Below, in pieces: positions 10,888-23,400 of a DNA stretch of 63,907 bases (positions are counted from its first letter, which is position 1; each line of letters starts with the position of its first letter). The stretch is taken from the NCBI GenBank assembly GCA_018398765.1, contig JAHBMJ010000521.1:62001-125907 (forward strand), read 5' to 3'. A program made the position numbers and the translations under genes. Source of the stretch: Chromera velia. Taxonomy: Eukaryota. A model generated the notes under the pieces. The model was not told where the DNA came from. It was given only the letters and a program-made list of their open reading frames with translations, and did no database searches.

Positions 10888-12315
10888 TATAAGCTGTCTA
10901 CAAGCTTAGACGGGGCTACAGTTCAGTGAACGCTTTTAATTGCATTCATTGTAAACTGTTTAGAATCTTTGACCTAGAAGAGTTCTCCTATCAGTTCATC
11001 AGTCAGATGCTGCCACATCAAAATGTCATCAATCAAATAAGCATGCAGGCAGACTGATCCTTTCTGACGTCAGACCACGTCAGAATGCTACATGACAACA
11101 TACAACACCATTTATGCGCATGCCTCGCGGCGCCACCACTCCGCAAGCCATGGTGTATGGCGCGTCGCCCGTCCTAGATGCCAAGCCAGGCCCATATCTG
11201 CCCGCCGCTCAAAATGCCGACGTCCACGCTCGGCCTCTCATTCTCCACTCAACTTGACTTTCAAACTCAGAAAGTCTCTCACAAGCCACTGCACACATAC
11301 ACACCAAATGGAGCTCCAAACTTCTCAAACAGAACTGCAGGCAGACATACCAAAGCAGATCTATATGACTCAGACATATGAACACACAATAGCACTCATA
11401 CAGACACTCTTAAACCCAGTCAACACATCTATATCTCAGTAAAGCAGAACAATAAAAGCGATCTATTACGCATACATGCAAGTCGGAATGCTACGCCCGA
11501 CCACTTTCTCCAGCTAACTCCTCTCATTACTGAGAGAGCCTTATTTCACTCCTCAACTCCATCCCACATCTGAGTCGGAGGTACCTGTGCAATTGTAAAG
11601 TAGTCCTCCACGTCGATAAAGAATCGCTCAGTCTAATTACGGCGTCCAGTAAACTTCTCAGGCCTCTCTAGAGTCACTCTGGGAGCCAGATCCTTCTCCT
11701 TAGGGCCCTGAAGCGACACCCCAGCCTGGGTGCCGCCCTGCACGTTGTCCGGAAACATGGGCTGTGGTTGTACTGGTTGTTGTTGGGTGACTGCTCCAAG
11801 CTAAGCAATCACCCCCTGCAGTGACTCACGATTCTCAACTACTGCTTTCTGTGTCTGTATCACTTTCTATGCTGTCTGCTGTTGTCTCTGCTGCAAATCA
11901 GAGATGTTCTGCTCGATGTTCTGCAGAACATGACTGACTTGCGAGGCAAACTGTTCAAAGATCTCCATGTACAAGACACAGGAGTTTCCCCAGTTGAACA
12001 AAGCTCTGCTACCACTCTGTAAGCTGTCTACGAGCTTAGACGGGGCTACAGTTTAGTGAACGCTTTTAATTGCATTCATTGTAAACTGTTTAGAATCTTT
12101 GACCTAGAAGAGTTCTCCTATCAATTCATTAGTCAGATGCTGCCACATCAATCAAACAAGCATGCAGGCAGACTGATTTTTTCTGATGTCAGGCCACGTC
12201 AGAATGATATATGACAACATGCAACACCATTCATGCACGTGCCTCGCGGCGCCGCCACTCCGCAAGCCACGGTACATGGCGCGTCACCCGTCCTAGACGC
12301 CAAGCCAGGCCTACA
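10888..12315 (-). mobile_element. Internally deleted, non-autonomous LTR retrotransposon (Ty3/Gypsy-like). LTRs 12018-12315 (5') and 10888-11196 (3'), TSD CGGAC
   Basis: Two ~300-bp direct repeats (TG...CA in one, TA...TA in the other). CGGAC at 10883-10887 and 12316-12320. PBS TGGTAGCAGAGC (tRNA-iMet type) at 12014-12003. Purine-rich tract next to the 3' LTR. Confidence 0.92.
11560..11968 (-). pseudogene. Retrotransposon gag remnant with in-frame TAG stops
   Basis: MEIFEQFASQVSHVLQNIEQNISDLQQRQQQTA*KV...IA*LG...VTLERPEKFTGRRN*TERFFIDVEDYF: a coiled coil followed by the PEKFxG..F...YF gag motif. Confidence 0.75.
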
Positions 12316-13686
12316 CGGACTGGATTTAATTTGATAGAACCATCCTATAAAAACACATTCATAGTGAAAATTTGAGTTTTATCATGTATTATGAATTACT
12401 GAGCATTCAGAGTTCTGAATTGATGTATCCAATGTATACAGCAAAAATCTGACGGGTCCGGTAGATGTATAGCCAAATGCAGCTAAAAGCTTTTAGGATT
12501 TTTCTAAGTTTTTTTTTTTTTTTGCAAAATTTTTGTTATAGTATAAATTCTATTTTTTATGGTTTAGTACCGGTTTTATACTTTAATAGTAAGAAAAGGT
12601 AAATAAGTCAAAATGATTGTTTTCAATACTTTTTATACATCTTATAGTCAAAGTGATTCGCATGTGAATCAGTGTAGTAGTAATATGAATTATAGTAGAT
12701 GCACTACCTAGTACTAATTACGTATTATAGCACACAACTTGAATTTATACTATAAGTATTAAAATAAGTTATTATTAAAAATTTATAACCTAGTTTATAA
12801 CAGCTTGAGTACTACATATAACTAATCTACTTAAACTGGATAGCAGTAGTTGCTAGAACTAGTGCTAGAGTAGCTGTTACTGAAATTGTTTAGGAAATCC
12901 TGATCGACTGAAATGATTCATTGCTTGATAGTAACTTTCAAAGTCTGAATAAGCTCTATAGATATGCCAGTGAGCCCGGGGGAGGCTTTACCCCCCACAC
13001 CCCCGATTATAGGGAACATGCACAGTGTTGCACTGTGAGTTTGAATGTGCATACGTACCCTCAGGCTGAGATGCATGCTAGGGGCCCCCAACATATTGGG
13101 GAAGGGGCCCCGGCACTCCACTTCCATGCCTAACGACTTTCCGGGGCCCGATTCAATTTATTCGAAATTCAGATAATTCAGATCTGACGAAATTCAGTCT
13201 CTTCGAATTTAAAGTCAAGGCACTCACCTTTGAGATTGTTCGTAAAGCGTTTCAAGGCACTAACCTTTTTAACTTCACCGGTCATTTGTCGGAAGACCAG
13301 TTTATATTATATACTGACTGACTGACAGATAATTAACTGCATGGATTGTAGATCAGTTGTATGCGAAACCTGTTGTCCGTTCGATTCTGCAACACTGCAG
13401 CATGCATGCGCAACACGTGCAATTTTTGATCGAAAAAATACAGAAGCCTGGACCGATATGCGAATTGAATTAAGAATTAAAGCGTTTCAATACACAAATT
13501 CTTTTCGATCTGCTTGAAAACACGACGTCCGTGCACCCACACGCACAGCTGATCGCACGACTGTGCATTCTTCTGAGACACACGTCCAGAGAAACTGACT
13601 ACCGTACCTCCCACACACCAATTGCTGCTGTATCGGTCCATGCATTGAGCTGCCTGTCCTCGTGAGTGCATATATATATCTGTTGC

Positions 13687-14883
13687 ATGGGAGCGAGAGT
13701 CTTTGGAGGCATGCCCAAGTTTGAGTGGCGTTTGACGTGGCGTGAAGACGCCTACGCCACCGGCAAGGCAGGCGAGCCTTCCGTGTCCCCCTTATCGGTC
13801 ATTCAGGACTCCGAGCTTCGTTACCGCCTCCTCGAAGTTCTGCAGTCTCTCTCTCCCCCCGTCTACGACAAGGAGACAGGCAGGGAAGAGCCCTCTGCCC
13901 CCGTCGCTGTACACTCAACTTTCAAAGACTCCAGAGAGGACGTCTACTTCGTTGTGTACTCCCATGTCCTTCCCATAGGCCTCAAGTGGAGAGGGGGAGG
14001 GGACTTTGAAGTGAAAGTTTGGACCAAAAGTGTTCCAATCGATCCGTCTGGAGGAGACATGAGCGCAAGTCTGTCCGTTGGCTTTGCACAGAAGTGGAAG
14101 AAAAGCACCATAGGCAGGTGTGACTCCCTGATGGCAGCTCGGAAGGCCGCAGCACTCCAGTTGTCCATCGCAGAGACGGACTTGATTGCCGTCTCTGTGA
14201 GGAAATCAGTTGTCAAACTTCCTTGGAGGGGGGGGCTCTCAGTCGAATTGTCCAAGATCACAACCTCAGTTCCTCTGCATGGGAAGGAGACAGAAGGTGT
14301 TTCACATGCGATGAATCTCTTCACCTTGTGCATCGAGGGAAAGAAGAAGAAAATGCAACACCACCTGCCCACAGTCGTCTCTTTGATGCCGAAGAAAACG
14401 TCTTCTTCTTCCCCTTCCCTTCCTCTCCACCCGATTAGCCTTTCATCCCTCCCTTCAGACAGTCCTGTTCTAGACTTGCCAGCCCTCAAAGAGCTCCTCT
14501 CTCCCCCCAGAGACAAAACGAATGCCAAGCCCATGCAATGGCCCCTTCCTCTGAGTGACTCTCTGAACCTCACCCCGTCCCCTCAAGCCCTGGTGGTCGG
14601 GGGGTACCCCTCTCTCCTCCTGTGGGCTGCCAGAGAGGCCCTTGACGCTGCCGGGGCCCCTCCTCCTCAGGAAGCTGCCGGGGTCCCTGGGTCTCCTGCT
14701 GACTTAGAAAAAGGAGGAGGAGGAGGAGGAACGGATGGGGGTCCTGCCAGTGGTGCCCTCAAAGGAGATGGAGGGGAGGGGAGGGACGCTGTGAGCGTGA
14801 CCGACTGGAGGGCTGTTCTTGAAGCTTATCAAAAGAGCAGAGCAGGAGGGCACGGGAGCGATGACGACCTCGACTCTGACTGA
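13687..14883 (+). CDS. Intronless protein with a CYTH-like (triphosphate tunnel metalloenzyme) N-terminal domain and low-complexity C-terminus
   Basis: Ordered motifs FEWR, REDVYF, GLKWR..FEVK, QKWKK, VSVRK, VELSKI and FTLCIEG follow the CYTH-like pattern. Long ORF with coding-like composition. Family assignment is by eye. Confidence 0.65.
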   Translation: MGARVFGGMPKFEWRLTWREDAYATGKAGEPSVSPLSVIQDSELRYRLLEVLQSLSPPVYDKETGREEPSAPVAVHSTFKDSREDVYFVVYSHVLPIGLKWRGGGDFEVKVWTKSVPIDPSGGDMSASLSVGFAQKWKKSTIGRCDSLMAARKAAALQLSIAETDLIAVSVRKSVVKLPWRGGLSVELSKITTSVPLHGKETEGVSHAMNLFTLCIEGKKKKMQHHLPTVVSLMPKKTSSSSPSLPLHPISLSSLPSDSPVLDLPALKELLSPPRDKTNAKPMQWPLPLSDSLNLTPSPQALVVGGYPSLLLWAAREALDAAGAPPPQEAAGVPGSPADLEKGGGGGGTDGGPASGALKGDGGEGRDAVSVTDWRAVLEAYQKSRAGGHGSDDDLDSD

Positions 14884-15432
14884 TCCCCCCATTACACCCC
14901 CCCTCCCNNNNNNNNNNNCCTGTTGCGTTGAGAGAGGGGGGGGGGGATGTTAACGACGATCTGGACTGTGGGAAGGGGAGAGGGGGGGAGCGAAGGAAGG
15001 AGAAGACAGAAGGCAATAAACAGAAGGAGACTTTGAGAGAAGGAACAGGCTCAGAGCCTAACTGACTCATCGGTTGACTTCATAATAGAGAGAGACAGAC
15101 TGAAACACAGACTGGGTGAGTGACGCAGTCGTGGAGATCGACCACGAGAACTGTCACAAGGGTTGCTGCTGTTTTTTTGTGGATCGTGGTGAGACGTTGT
15201 GTTTCAACGGGGTTATACAGCTGATCTGGACTCCGTCCTGACCTTCAGTCAAATATTTCTCTCGGTTTTGTTCCTTTCACTCTCTGTTGTTTGTTTCTCT
15301 TCGCGAATTCCCTTTAGGGCGAGCCTTGCTCTCTGTAAGAGCTTTTTCTGTTTCTTCATTTGTTGATTTGTTTGTTGGTTTGTGTGCTTTTCTCGTTCTC
15401 TCTTTCTTGCTTTCTTGCTTTCTTGCTTTTTT

Positions 15433-15463
<31 letters not shown>

Positions 15464-16255
15464 GTCTTTCTCCTTCGCTTCTTCCTTTCCTTCCTTCCCT
15501 CCCCCCCCTCCCTTTCTCTCCGTCTCTCTCGCTTCCTTCCTTCCTTCTTTCTTCCTCTCCCCCCCCCCCCCCCCCCCCCAATTCTTACTTTTTTTCTTAC
15601 GTACTGACTTTCTTTCTTTCTTTTCTTTCTTTCTGTCTGTCTTTCGTTCTTTCTGTCTTTCTGTCTTTCTGTCTGTCTGTCTTTCTGTCTGTCTGTTGTG
15701 TTCATGAAGAAAAGGAGGGAGAAGAAGAAGAAACATAAAGTCTGTCTGTCTGACTTCCTGTCGGTCGGTCTGCATGCATGCGTGCCTGCCTGCCCGCCTG
15801 TCTGTTTGTCTGTCTTGCTGTATAGTCTCTCTGTCTGAAGGGAAGCAAAAAGGACAGAAAAACATATTTGACTTTTGATTGATTGGTTGGTACCAAAACT
15901 TAGGCAGACATACATTGTTTCAAATTGTTTGTTTGTCTGAAGTCATATAGGCTGTCTGACAGTTTTGTCTGTCGGCCTGCCTGTTGATACAGGAAGCGAA
16001 GAAGGGAAAAAACGGATAATACGGTGGGTCTTTCTTCGATCGTTCCTTCCTGTCTCCCTTCACCCCTTTCCCTCTGTTTTTCTCAGTGTCTTGTGTCTGT
16101 CTGTGTCCCAGTGCTGCGCCTCCTGTTTTCATTCTCTCTCTGATGACGATACAATGATTTCACAATACCCGGCGTTGCTATATAAGAGCCACGGCAGGCA
16201 GGTACATACAAATTTGCCTCGATCGAGTTTTTTTATCCGTTTTGATTCTCCTTTT

Positions 16256-16295
<40 letters not shown>

Positions 16296-16308
16296 TTCTC
16301 TCCTTCTC

Positions 16309-16384
<76 letters not shown>

Positions 16385-17031
16385 GCACATATTCGGTGTC
16401 TCCATTTCTTTAGATTAAAGTGCGCGCGTGTCTAGCTGCATGTTGTCTATGTGTATCCGTGGTAGAGGGTAGCGAAGGGGAAAGGCTTGTGGACGCTAGT
16501 GTGGACTGAGCACTAGACTCTAGTATAGTAGTGGTACGTAAGACGTAGTAGTTGATAGTAGTAGTAGTAGTATAGTAGGGCTTTTTTAAAACTTTTTGTA
16601 ACGGCTGGGGGTTACGGCCCTGGCTTTAGTAACTTAGTTTAGTAACTGCCAGTGGTTTAGCAGAAATCTTTCGTGCATAACCTTTAACAGTGGTATACCA
16701 AGCCTATATGTGCTTCTACAGTTGTTTGTATAAAACTCAATTACATTATATGAAACCGCCAGCTAGACCGCCAGTAGTAAACCCAGTGACAGTGTACTAG
16801 TACTATCTTTTGAGCCATAATCAAAACCCAGAACATCAATATAGTATACTATGCTATGCTACAATCAAATCAACTAGTATATTAAATTACTACTATATTT
16901 GGATAATATTCCTAAATGTATTCTATGATACTATCATATGGCAATGCTTACGATATGGTGTAAGAGGTACATGCTAAATGATTATCATACTAACATAGAT
17001 ATTTTTTTAATCTTTTTTCTCATTCAAAAAC

Positions 17032-17368
17032 TCATGAGCCCTGCTCCGATCGAAGAGTCGGCTGAAGTTTCGGCAAGTCTGCAATGTTTCTTCTCTTTGC
17101 AATCTCGTCCCCGATCTGTCCGTGATAGTCTTTGTTGAAGGAGGCCCAGTTCCGGAAAGCCGAAACCTGCTCCTCAGTGCCAACGCCCAGCAGCCGAATC
17201 CACTCACGGAGCCGATAACGGGCGAGGGAGAACTGCACAGAGAGAAGGTAAAGGAATGAGACAAAAGAAGAAAACGGAAGACCTTCTTCTGCCCATGCGT
17301 TCACGTTTCTGCCTCTCCATTGTCTCATCGAAAGCACGCAAACACACACAGACGCACACACACACACA

Positions 17369-17412
<44 letters not shown>

Positions 17413-17422
17413 AGGGAGAGAG

Positions 17423-17465
<43 letters not shown>

Positions 17466-17474
17466 AAAGAAGAA

Positions 17475-17510
<36 letters not shown>

Positions 17511-17628
17511 AAGACAGAAAGATAGAAAGATAGAAAGACAGAAAGACAGGCAGACAGACAGACAGAAAGAAAGAAAAGAAGGAAAGAAAGACAGAAAGAA
17601 AGAAAGAAAGAAAGACAGAAAGACAGAA

Positions 17629-17668
<40 letters not shown>

Positions 17669-17809
17669 AAGACAGAAAGATAGAAAGACAGAAAGACAGG
17701 CAGACAGACAGACAGACAGACAGAAAGAAAGAAAGAAAGATAGAAAGACAGAAAGAAAGACAGAAAGACAGAAAGGCAGAAAGACAGAAAGACAGAAAGA
17801 CAGACAGAC

Positions 17810-17840
<31 letters not shown>

Positions 17841-19395
17841 GACAGACAGACAGACAGACAGACTGACTGACTGACTGACTACATGTTTCTGCGTCTCCCT
17901 TCTTTTCTTCGTGTGCACAACAGAACCACTATATGGTTTCTTTCCCTCCTCTTCTTCATGAACAGACTGACGAACAGACCGAGAGCACCACAAACAAAAA
18001 TCGGCGTATACAATTTGACCTTCTGCTGGTCTGTGAACCACCCAGCTTTTTCATTCAATGTTCAATCAACCAGTCAGTCAGTCAGTCACTCAGTCAGCCC
18101 GCAAACCGGCTGGCCACTGAGACAGACCGAGTCCGTCAAGCATGCACACAAAGACACACAGAGGAGCAGGGGCCTGTACAAGAGCTCACGGAAGGAAGGA
18201 AGTATGCGCTTTTCTTTTCATAATCGCATTCAACCCCCCTGACACCCGAATCTGTGCCCCACCGAAGGCATCAGAGACCAGCAAGCAGCCACTTGAGAGC
18301 GAAAGAAAACCCCCTCCCCTGACACCAACGAACCTTCTGGTGCAGTGACGTCTCGAGGAATCGGGGCACAGAGAAATCAGGAAGTGGCTCCTTCCCTTTC
18401 CCCTCCTCTGTCTCCTTCCCGTCTGCCGCTCTTCCCAGAGCCGCCTCGGAATGACGAGAACCCATGGAGGACGCTGAGCGCTGAGGGCAAAGGGGGGCAC
18501 AATGGTACAGCCTTGTAAGTGTCTGTCTGTCAGCGCTTGTGGCTAAAAAAGTTCAAATTACAACTCCAGCAAGAGGTACGGTGGGTGAAGCAACGCTTTG
18601 CATGACGCCACTAACGGACCCGGGCAAACAAAGAGAAGTTGCATGACGCCACTACCGGACCGAGACAAACAAAGAGAAGAATCGCAACGGCGGAATAGAG
18701 GGATAAAAAAGGTAGGCAGGCAGGGCAGAGAGATGCGATGGTAGACGGGGGAAGAAGGTGCCACTCAGTGCCACAACTGAGTCACCGAGGGACGCTCTCG
18801 GACATGAGCGAAAACGGAAAAGACTAACTAGAACTGGATGGCGTGCAGAACAGGAGAGCAAAGTATAGAAAAACAAAAGAAACAGGGGGGGGTGCGCACG
18901 CAGAGGATTTCTTCCGTTTCGAATTATATAGGCCGAAGCGTAACAGAGTGCGTTCCACCTTCACAGACTGACCTCTGAAGCGTCGAGAAGCTGCCCAGAG
19001 AGGCACCAAACGCCCAAGGCAGAGACTGGAATGATCAGCCCCCCCAAAACCAAAAATTTGAATCCCTTGAGTCTGTTGGCGATTGAGCTTGGTCTCCTGA
19101 TTTGGAAGAAGATGTCTGCATACCGTCCTTCGAGGAATCGGTTCATGGTCTTCATGCTTCTGTACACCCACACAGCTGTGAGGACTCCGGAGGCTTGGAG
19201 CAGGAGCGTGCTTGTGGGCTGCTGGAGAAAAATTCTCTGCCGGGCGTTCTCGAGGGTCCCTGTGAGGAGACCACTACTGCTCGATGGAGAGTCCGAAGAA
19301 GAGGATGGAGCTTCCGGAGGCATGTCGTGAAATTTTAAGTCCTCGACGCGGGGCCTGGCCCTGATCTCTTCAAGGGAAGTTGGCGGAACCTTCAT
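17032..19395 (-). CDS. Hypothetical membrane protein, 3 exons (19395-18973, 18522-18334, 17232-17032)
   Basis: All junctions are phase 0 with GT/CAG. Two hydrophobic segments in exon 1 (LLLQASGVLTAVWVY; FLVLGGLIIPVSALGVWCL). Stop TGA at 17034-17032. Confidence 0.65.
17340..17880. repeat. Compound intronic microsatellite (CA/GA/GAAA/GACA)
   Basis: Direct reading. Representative of many intronic SSR blocks (e.g. 15400-15700, 27140-27460, 36565-36810, 59305-59521). Confidence 0.95.
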
Positions 19396-19834
19396 GCTGC
19401 CTTTTTCTTTCGTCTGAATTTGAACGTATACGTTTATCTGTCACTCAAATACTTACACGACTACTTCCCTTTTGGATCCTTACGTCAACTAACGGGTAGA
19501 CGGAATGCGCAGAACGCAGGCTTGACTCAGATGATCCTCAGCCAGACAGAGCGCGCAGTCTCCTTTCTCGGTTTGCTGAGAGTTTCACGGACTGTCTGTG
19601 AGGCAAACTGAGAAATCTTTGGTTAAAGGAAGACTGCAGATGACTGCAGGTGTTGGCAAGGCTGAAGGATTGCTCAGGGAGATCATCCCGGAGATGTCGG
19701 ACGGGAAAAGTTCAGCTGGACTGGAAGAATTTCCGAATATTTTCCGAATTGCCAGATCGAATATCAGATCGACAGAGACGGCCATGAGACGGCCGCGATC
19801 CGTCGATATCCGTCGTGCCACAATGTGCCACACG

Positions 19835-20140
19835 CAGTTTTCTTCGAAATAATGCGAATTCAAAAAAAAAAAAAGGATTGCCTCCATCCTAATCGGGCCG
19901 CATGGGAATATCGGGGAACAGTTTGCCACTTGGGGCTGTTGTTTTCAATCGCGTTGCAGTTTTCTTCGAAATACTAATTAAGCTGCGAATTCAAAAAAAA
20001 AAAAATTAGATTGCCTCCATCCTAATCGGGCCGCATGGGAATATCGGGGAACAGTTTGCCATTCGGGGCTGTTGTTTTCAATCGATCGCGTTTCAGTTTT
20101 CATCGAAATACTGCGAACTAAAAAAAAAAAATAGATTGCT
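19835..20140. repeat. ~125-135-bp imperfect tandem duplication (~2.3 units) in a divergent promoter
   Basis: gattgcctccatcctaatcgggccgcatgggaatatcggggaacagtttgcca occurs twice, and the cagtttt..cgaaata..A-run part three times. Confidence 0.85.
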
Positions 20141-20497
20141 GAATTCGCGCGCGGCGCCGCGCGCGTGCGCTGCGCACGCACGCGTCCCGTTGCGCGCGCC
20201 GCCGCGAAACTCGGACGTCGAGTAGTGGATCAGATCCGATGAGACTTTCAATGATCTTCAATGTAGCAAAGAGATGACAATTAAAGCCCATCAATTAAAG
20301 CTGTGGATCTTTACACATAACTCAACTGCTTACGACTGTTTGACTCGATCCAGTCTGTAGATTTTGAAGTGTGGGTGAGAGAATTAAGAGGGCCTCATTC
20401 CATTGGTGGGAGCGAAGGATTCGTAGTGCGTCTCCGTGTATCTGACGGTGTGAAGTAAAGTGACACCAAAAGAGCCCAGAGGGGGAACGTCGACAAA

Positions 20498-23400
20498 ATG
20501 GATCTTGACTTCGACAAGGCCGCCAAGAAGCTTTCTGCTCGGCAGAAGGAGCAGCAGAAGGCGAAGAAGGCGCAGTTGGAGAGAAAGAAGAAGGAAGAAG
20601 AGGCGAGACGGGCAGTGAAGCAGCAAGTGGAGGAGGCAAGAGAGGAGAGGGAGCGGTATATGGCAGAACGAAACATCCAGCAGGCAACAACTAGAGGTCA
20701 GTTAGCCAGTCCCCGCAAAGATATGGATGACGCGTCTCATGAGAAGAAATAGGATGAGATTGAACAGCGGATGCCCAAACGTCTCCTTTGGCTTTTCTCT
20801 TTCACTTTGGCCCTTTCACTCTCTCTGCTCCTCCACATTACCTGATGTAGGAGCTCTATCTTTCCACATATTCTTTTCTCTCTACCCTTGACGGCCCCAT
20901 GCCTGGATCGAAAGAAGAATTACCGCATTGTGTTTGTGCGGGTTAAGATCCGCACTCCCCGATTCTTCCTTCTCGGTAGTGACTGCTCTCTTCACACACA
21001 CATTCTCCTCTTTCGCCTGTTTGCGTTGTTCTTGCTGCTTCCTCCAGGCACCTCTCCGCCTCCCTCTGCCTCCGACGAATTGTACGATAAGACCTTGGTT
21101 GTCGTCAATGGCAGCAGTTCCTCCTCTTCTTCTTCCTCTTTCTCCTCTGCGTCTTCCTCTTCTTCCTCCTCGTCTGCTCCTTCTGGGTTGGAGAGACTGC
21201 AGTCAAGAATGGAGCATGCGGACAGAATCATTCTGGTGAGTGGAAGGGGGGATGTGGCGGATTGTCCACACATCATTCAAGCACCCGTTGGGGGAGAAAG
21301 AGACGGACGGACAGACAGAAAGACAGGCAGACAAACAAAGAGAAGACAGACAGACAGACAGGCAGACAGGCAGACAAACAAAGAGGAGACAGAGAGCTCG
21401 CAGAGACGAACTGAGTCAGATTCTCAACCGCGATTCGCGTTTGCTTGTTTGTTTGTGTCTGCATGCATGCGCATGCAGCCTCCCTCTGTCCTGGCCGCGC
21501 TCGACAGCCACCCCCGGAGGGACGAGCTCAGGTACCCTCTCCAGTTTCGCCTCTCTGCCCCCAACCCAAACAGACAGAAGGAAAGGGTGAAGAAAGAGGA
21601 GAAGGGGACTGGGGATGGAAAGGAAATCGAGATGGAGACCGGGGAGGAGGGGGAAGAGGAGGAGAACGGGGACAATGAATTGGTGACGCACGCAGGAGTT
21701 CTTGAATTCATTGCTGAAGAGGTAGGTTTGTTTTTTGTGTTTTTTTTATGGTGACTGACGTTGGTTAATATGAAGGCGTCATAAAGCATTACCCTGGACT
21801 CATGCATTTCATGATGACCTACAGGCCAATCAATAATTATGAAACTGATGGGGTCAGTGATTCTCATTACGTCTTATCTTGCTCTTCTCTCGGTCGCCGG
21901 ACTTTCCTGTCTCGTGTGGGTAGGTAGAATTCTCAAGGGACATTTCTAGAGAGAGCATTTGGTCCCCCTCCCTGCCTGTTTCCTCCCTTATACACATCTT
22001 TTGTCTTTTTTGTTTGCATCGTTCTCTCAGAGGCCTTTCGAAGACGAAACGCGGTTCTCTCTCTCCCTTCTCGCTTCTCTTTCCAATGGCGCTTTCTGGT
22101 CGTTCTCTCTCATTCCGTTAGTGGAAGACGCTTTGTGCTTCCTTCCTTTCCTTCGACTATTCAATTTTTCTGCCACGCTTCTCTTTCTCTCATACTGCCT
22201 GCAGGGTACTGTCGTGCTCCCGCTTCACGTCCTGCAAGCGTTAAAGTTTCCGTCGTCCGTCAGGGTCACTTACGCGTCTCTTCCGAAGGGTTAGTGTGTG
22301 TGTGTGTGTGTGTGTGGAGAGAGAGAGAGATCGAGAGAGACAGAGAGTCTGTTGCTTTTAGGAAGAATGGACCGTTTCTTCCTTTCCGCGCCTCTCGCAT
22401 TTACGCATACTGGTTGAACCGAATTGTGATTACCGCGCATCTGCTTGATTTTTCTTTTTCTCTCCCTCCCTCTCTCAGGGAGGGTCGCGGAGTTCCGAGC
22501 GTTGACGGACGAGGTGAAGGACGTTGGGGATCTCCGGGTCAGTCACTGGGCGTTTGGGGGCTGAGACTAGAGGGAAAGGGGGGGGAGGACAGGGGAGGGG
22601 GTGACTGGTCTTGCTTGTGGGGTAAAGCGCGTGTTTTCCGAAGTTTTTCTCAACATCCTCATGAATTCCTTCCTGTTTGTTCCCCTGTCAGGTCTGTGTT
22701 TGCATGTGTGAGACGGCTTGAGAGTTTTCATCCTGTCGCTTGTCTTGCTTTTCGCTGCTTCATACCATTTGCTTTCTTTCCTTTCTCCCTCCTGTCACGT
22801 GCTGATGGTCCTCTTCTTGTTGCCAAACAGGACAGACAGCGTTTGACTTTTGCCGTATGTGTCTTTTTTGCGTGTTGTAGGCTCTTCTCTTCTCTTCTCC
22901 TCTTTTCAGGCTTATCTTGAGGCGGCACTTCGTTCGAAATTTTCGACTTTGACAGAGGGGGAGACTATCCGTTTGGCTTTTGGGGGAGGGGCGGGAAGGG
23001 TAGCGTTGAAGGTGCGTTGTCTGTTTTCTTGGTTTGTCGTCTGCTGTCTCCTATTTGTCTTAATGTTTGTATGTTGAGAGATGTGTGGAAGTACTCATTA
23101 TTTGTTCGTGATTGCGGAGGCTCATTTCTTTCTGCATTCCTCTCTGTTCGCCTTTGTTATTTTGCGTTCGGCCTTTCTGGCCTGCCTTCCTTGTGGGAAA
23201 AACTCCAGAATGCATTTTCTGCTGGTCTTTTTATATCGATACACTCAGACGCAGCTGTCTGCTTTTTGTCAAGGCAATTTCGCGTGAGAAGAGAAATCGG
23301 GCGGACCGGAGGAATGCTGCTGGCACGTGGCAGAAGCACAAATGGATGGATTCATGCCTGTATTCCAATGAGGGCTTCTGCATGTCTAAGCTCCTCAATG

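Noticed and set aside
11092..11442. 116-aa plus-strand ORF
   Set aside because: Overlaps the LTR and is antisense to the retroelement, with no recognisable protein features.
13944..14573. 209-aa minus-strand ORF
   Set aside because: Antisense shadow of the CYTH-like gene.
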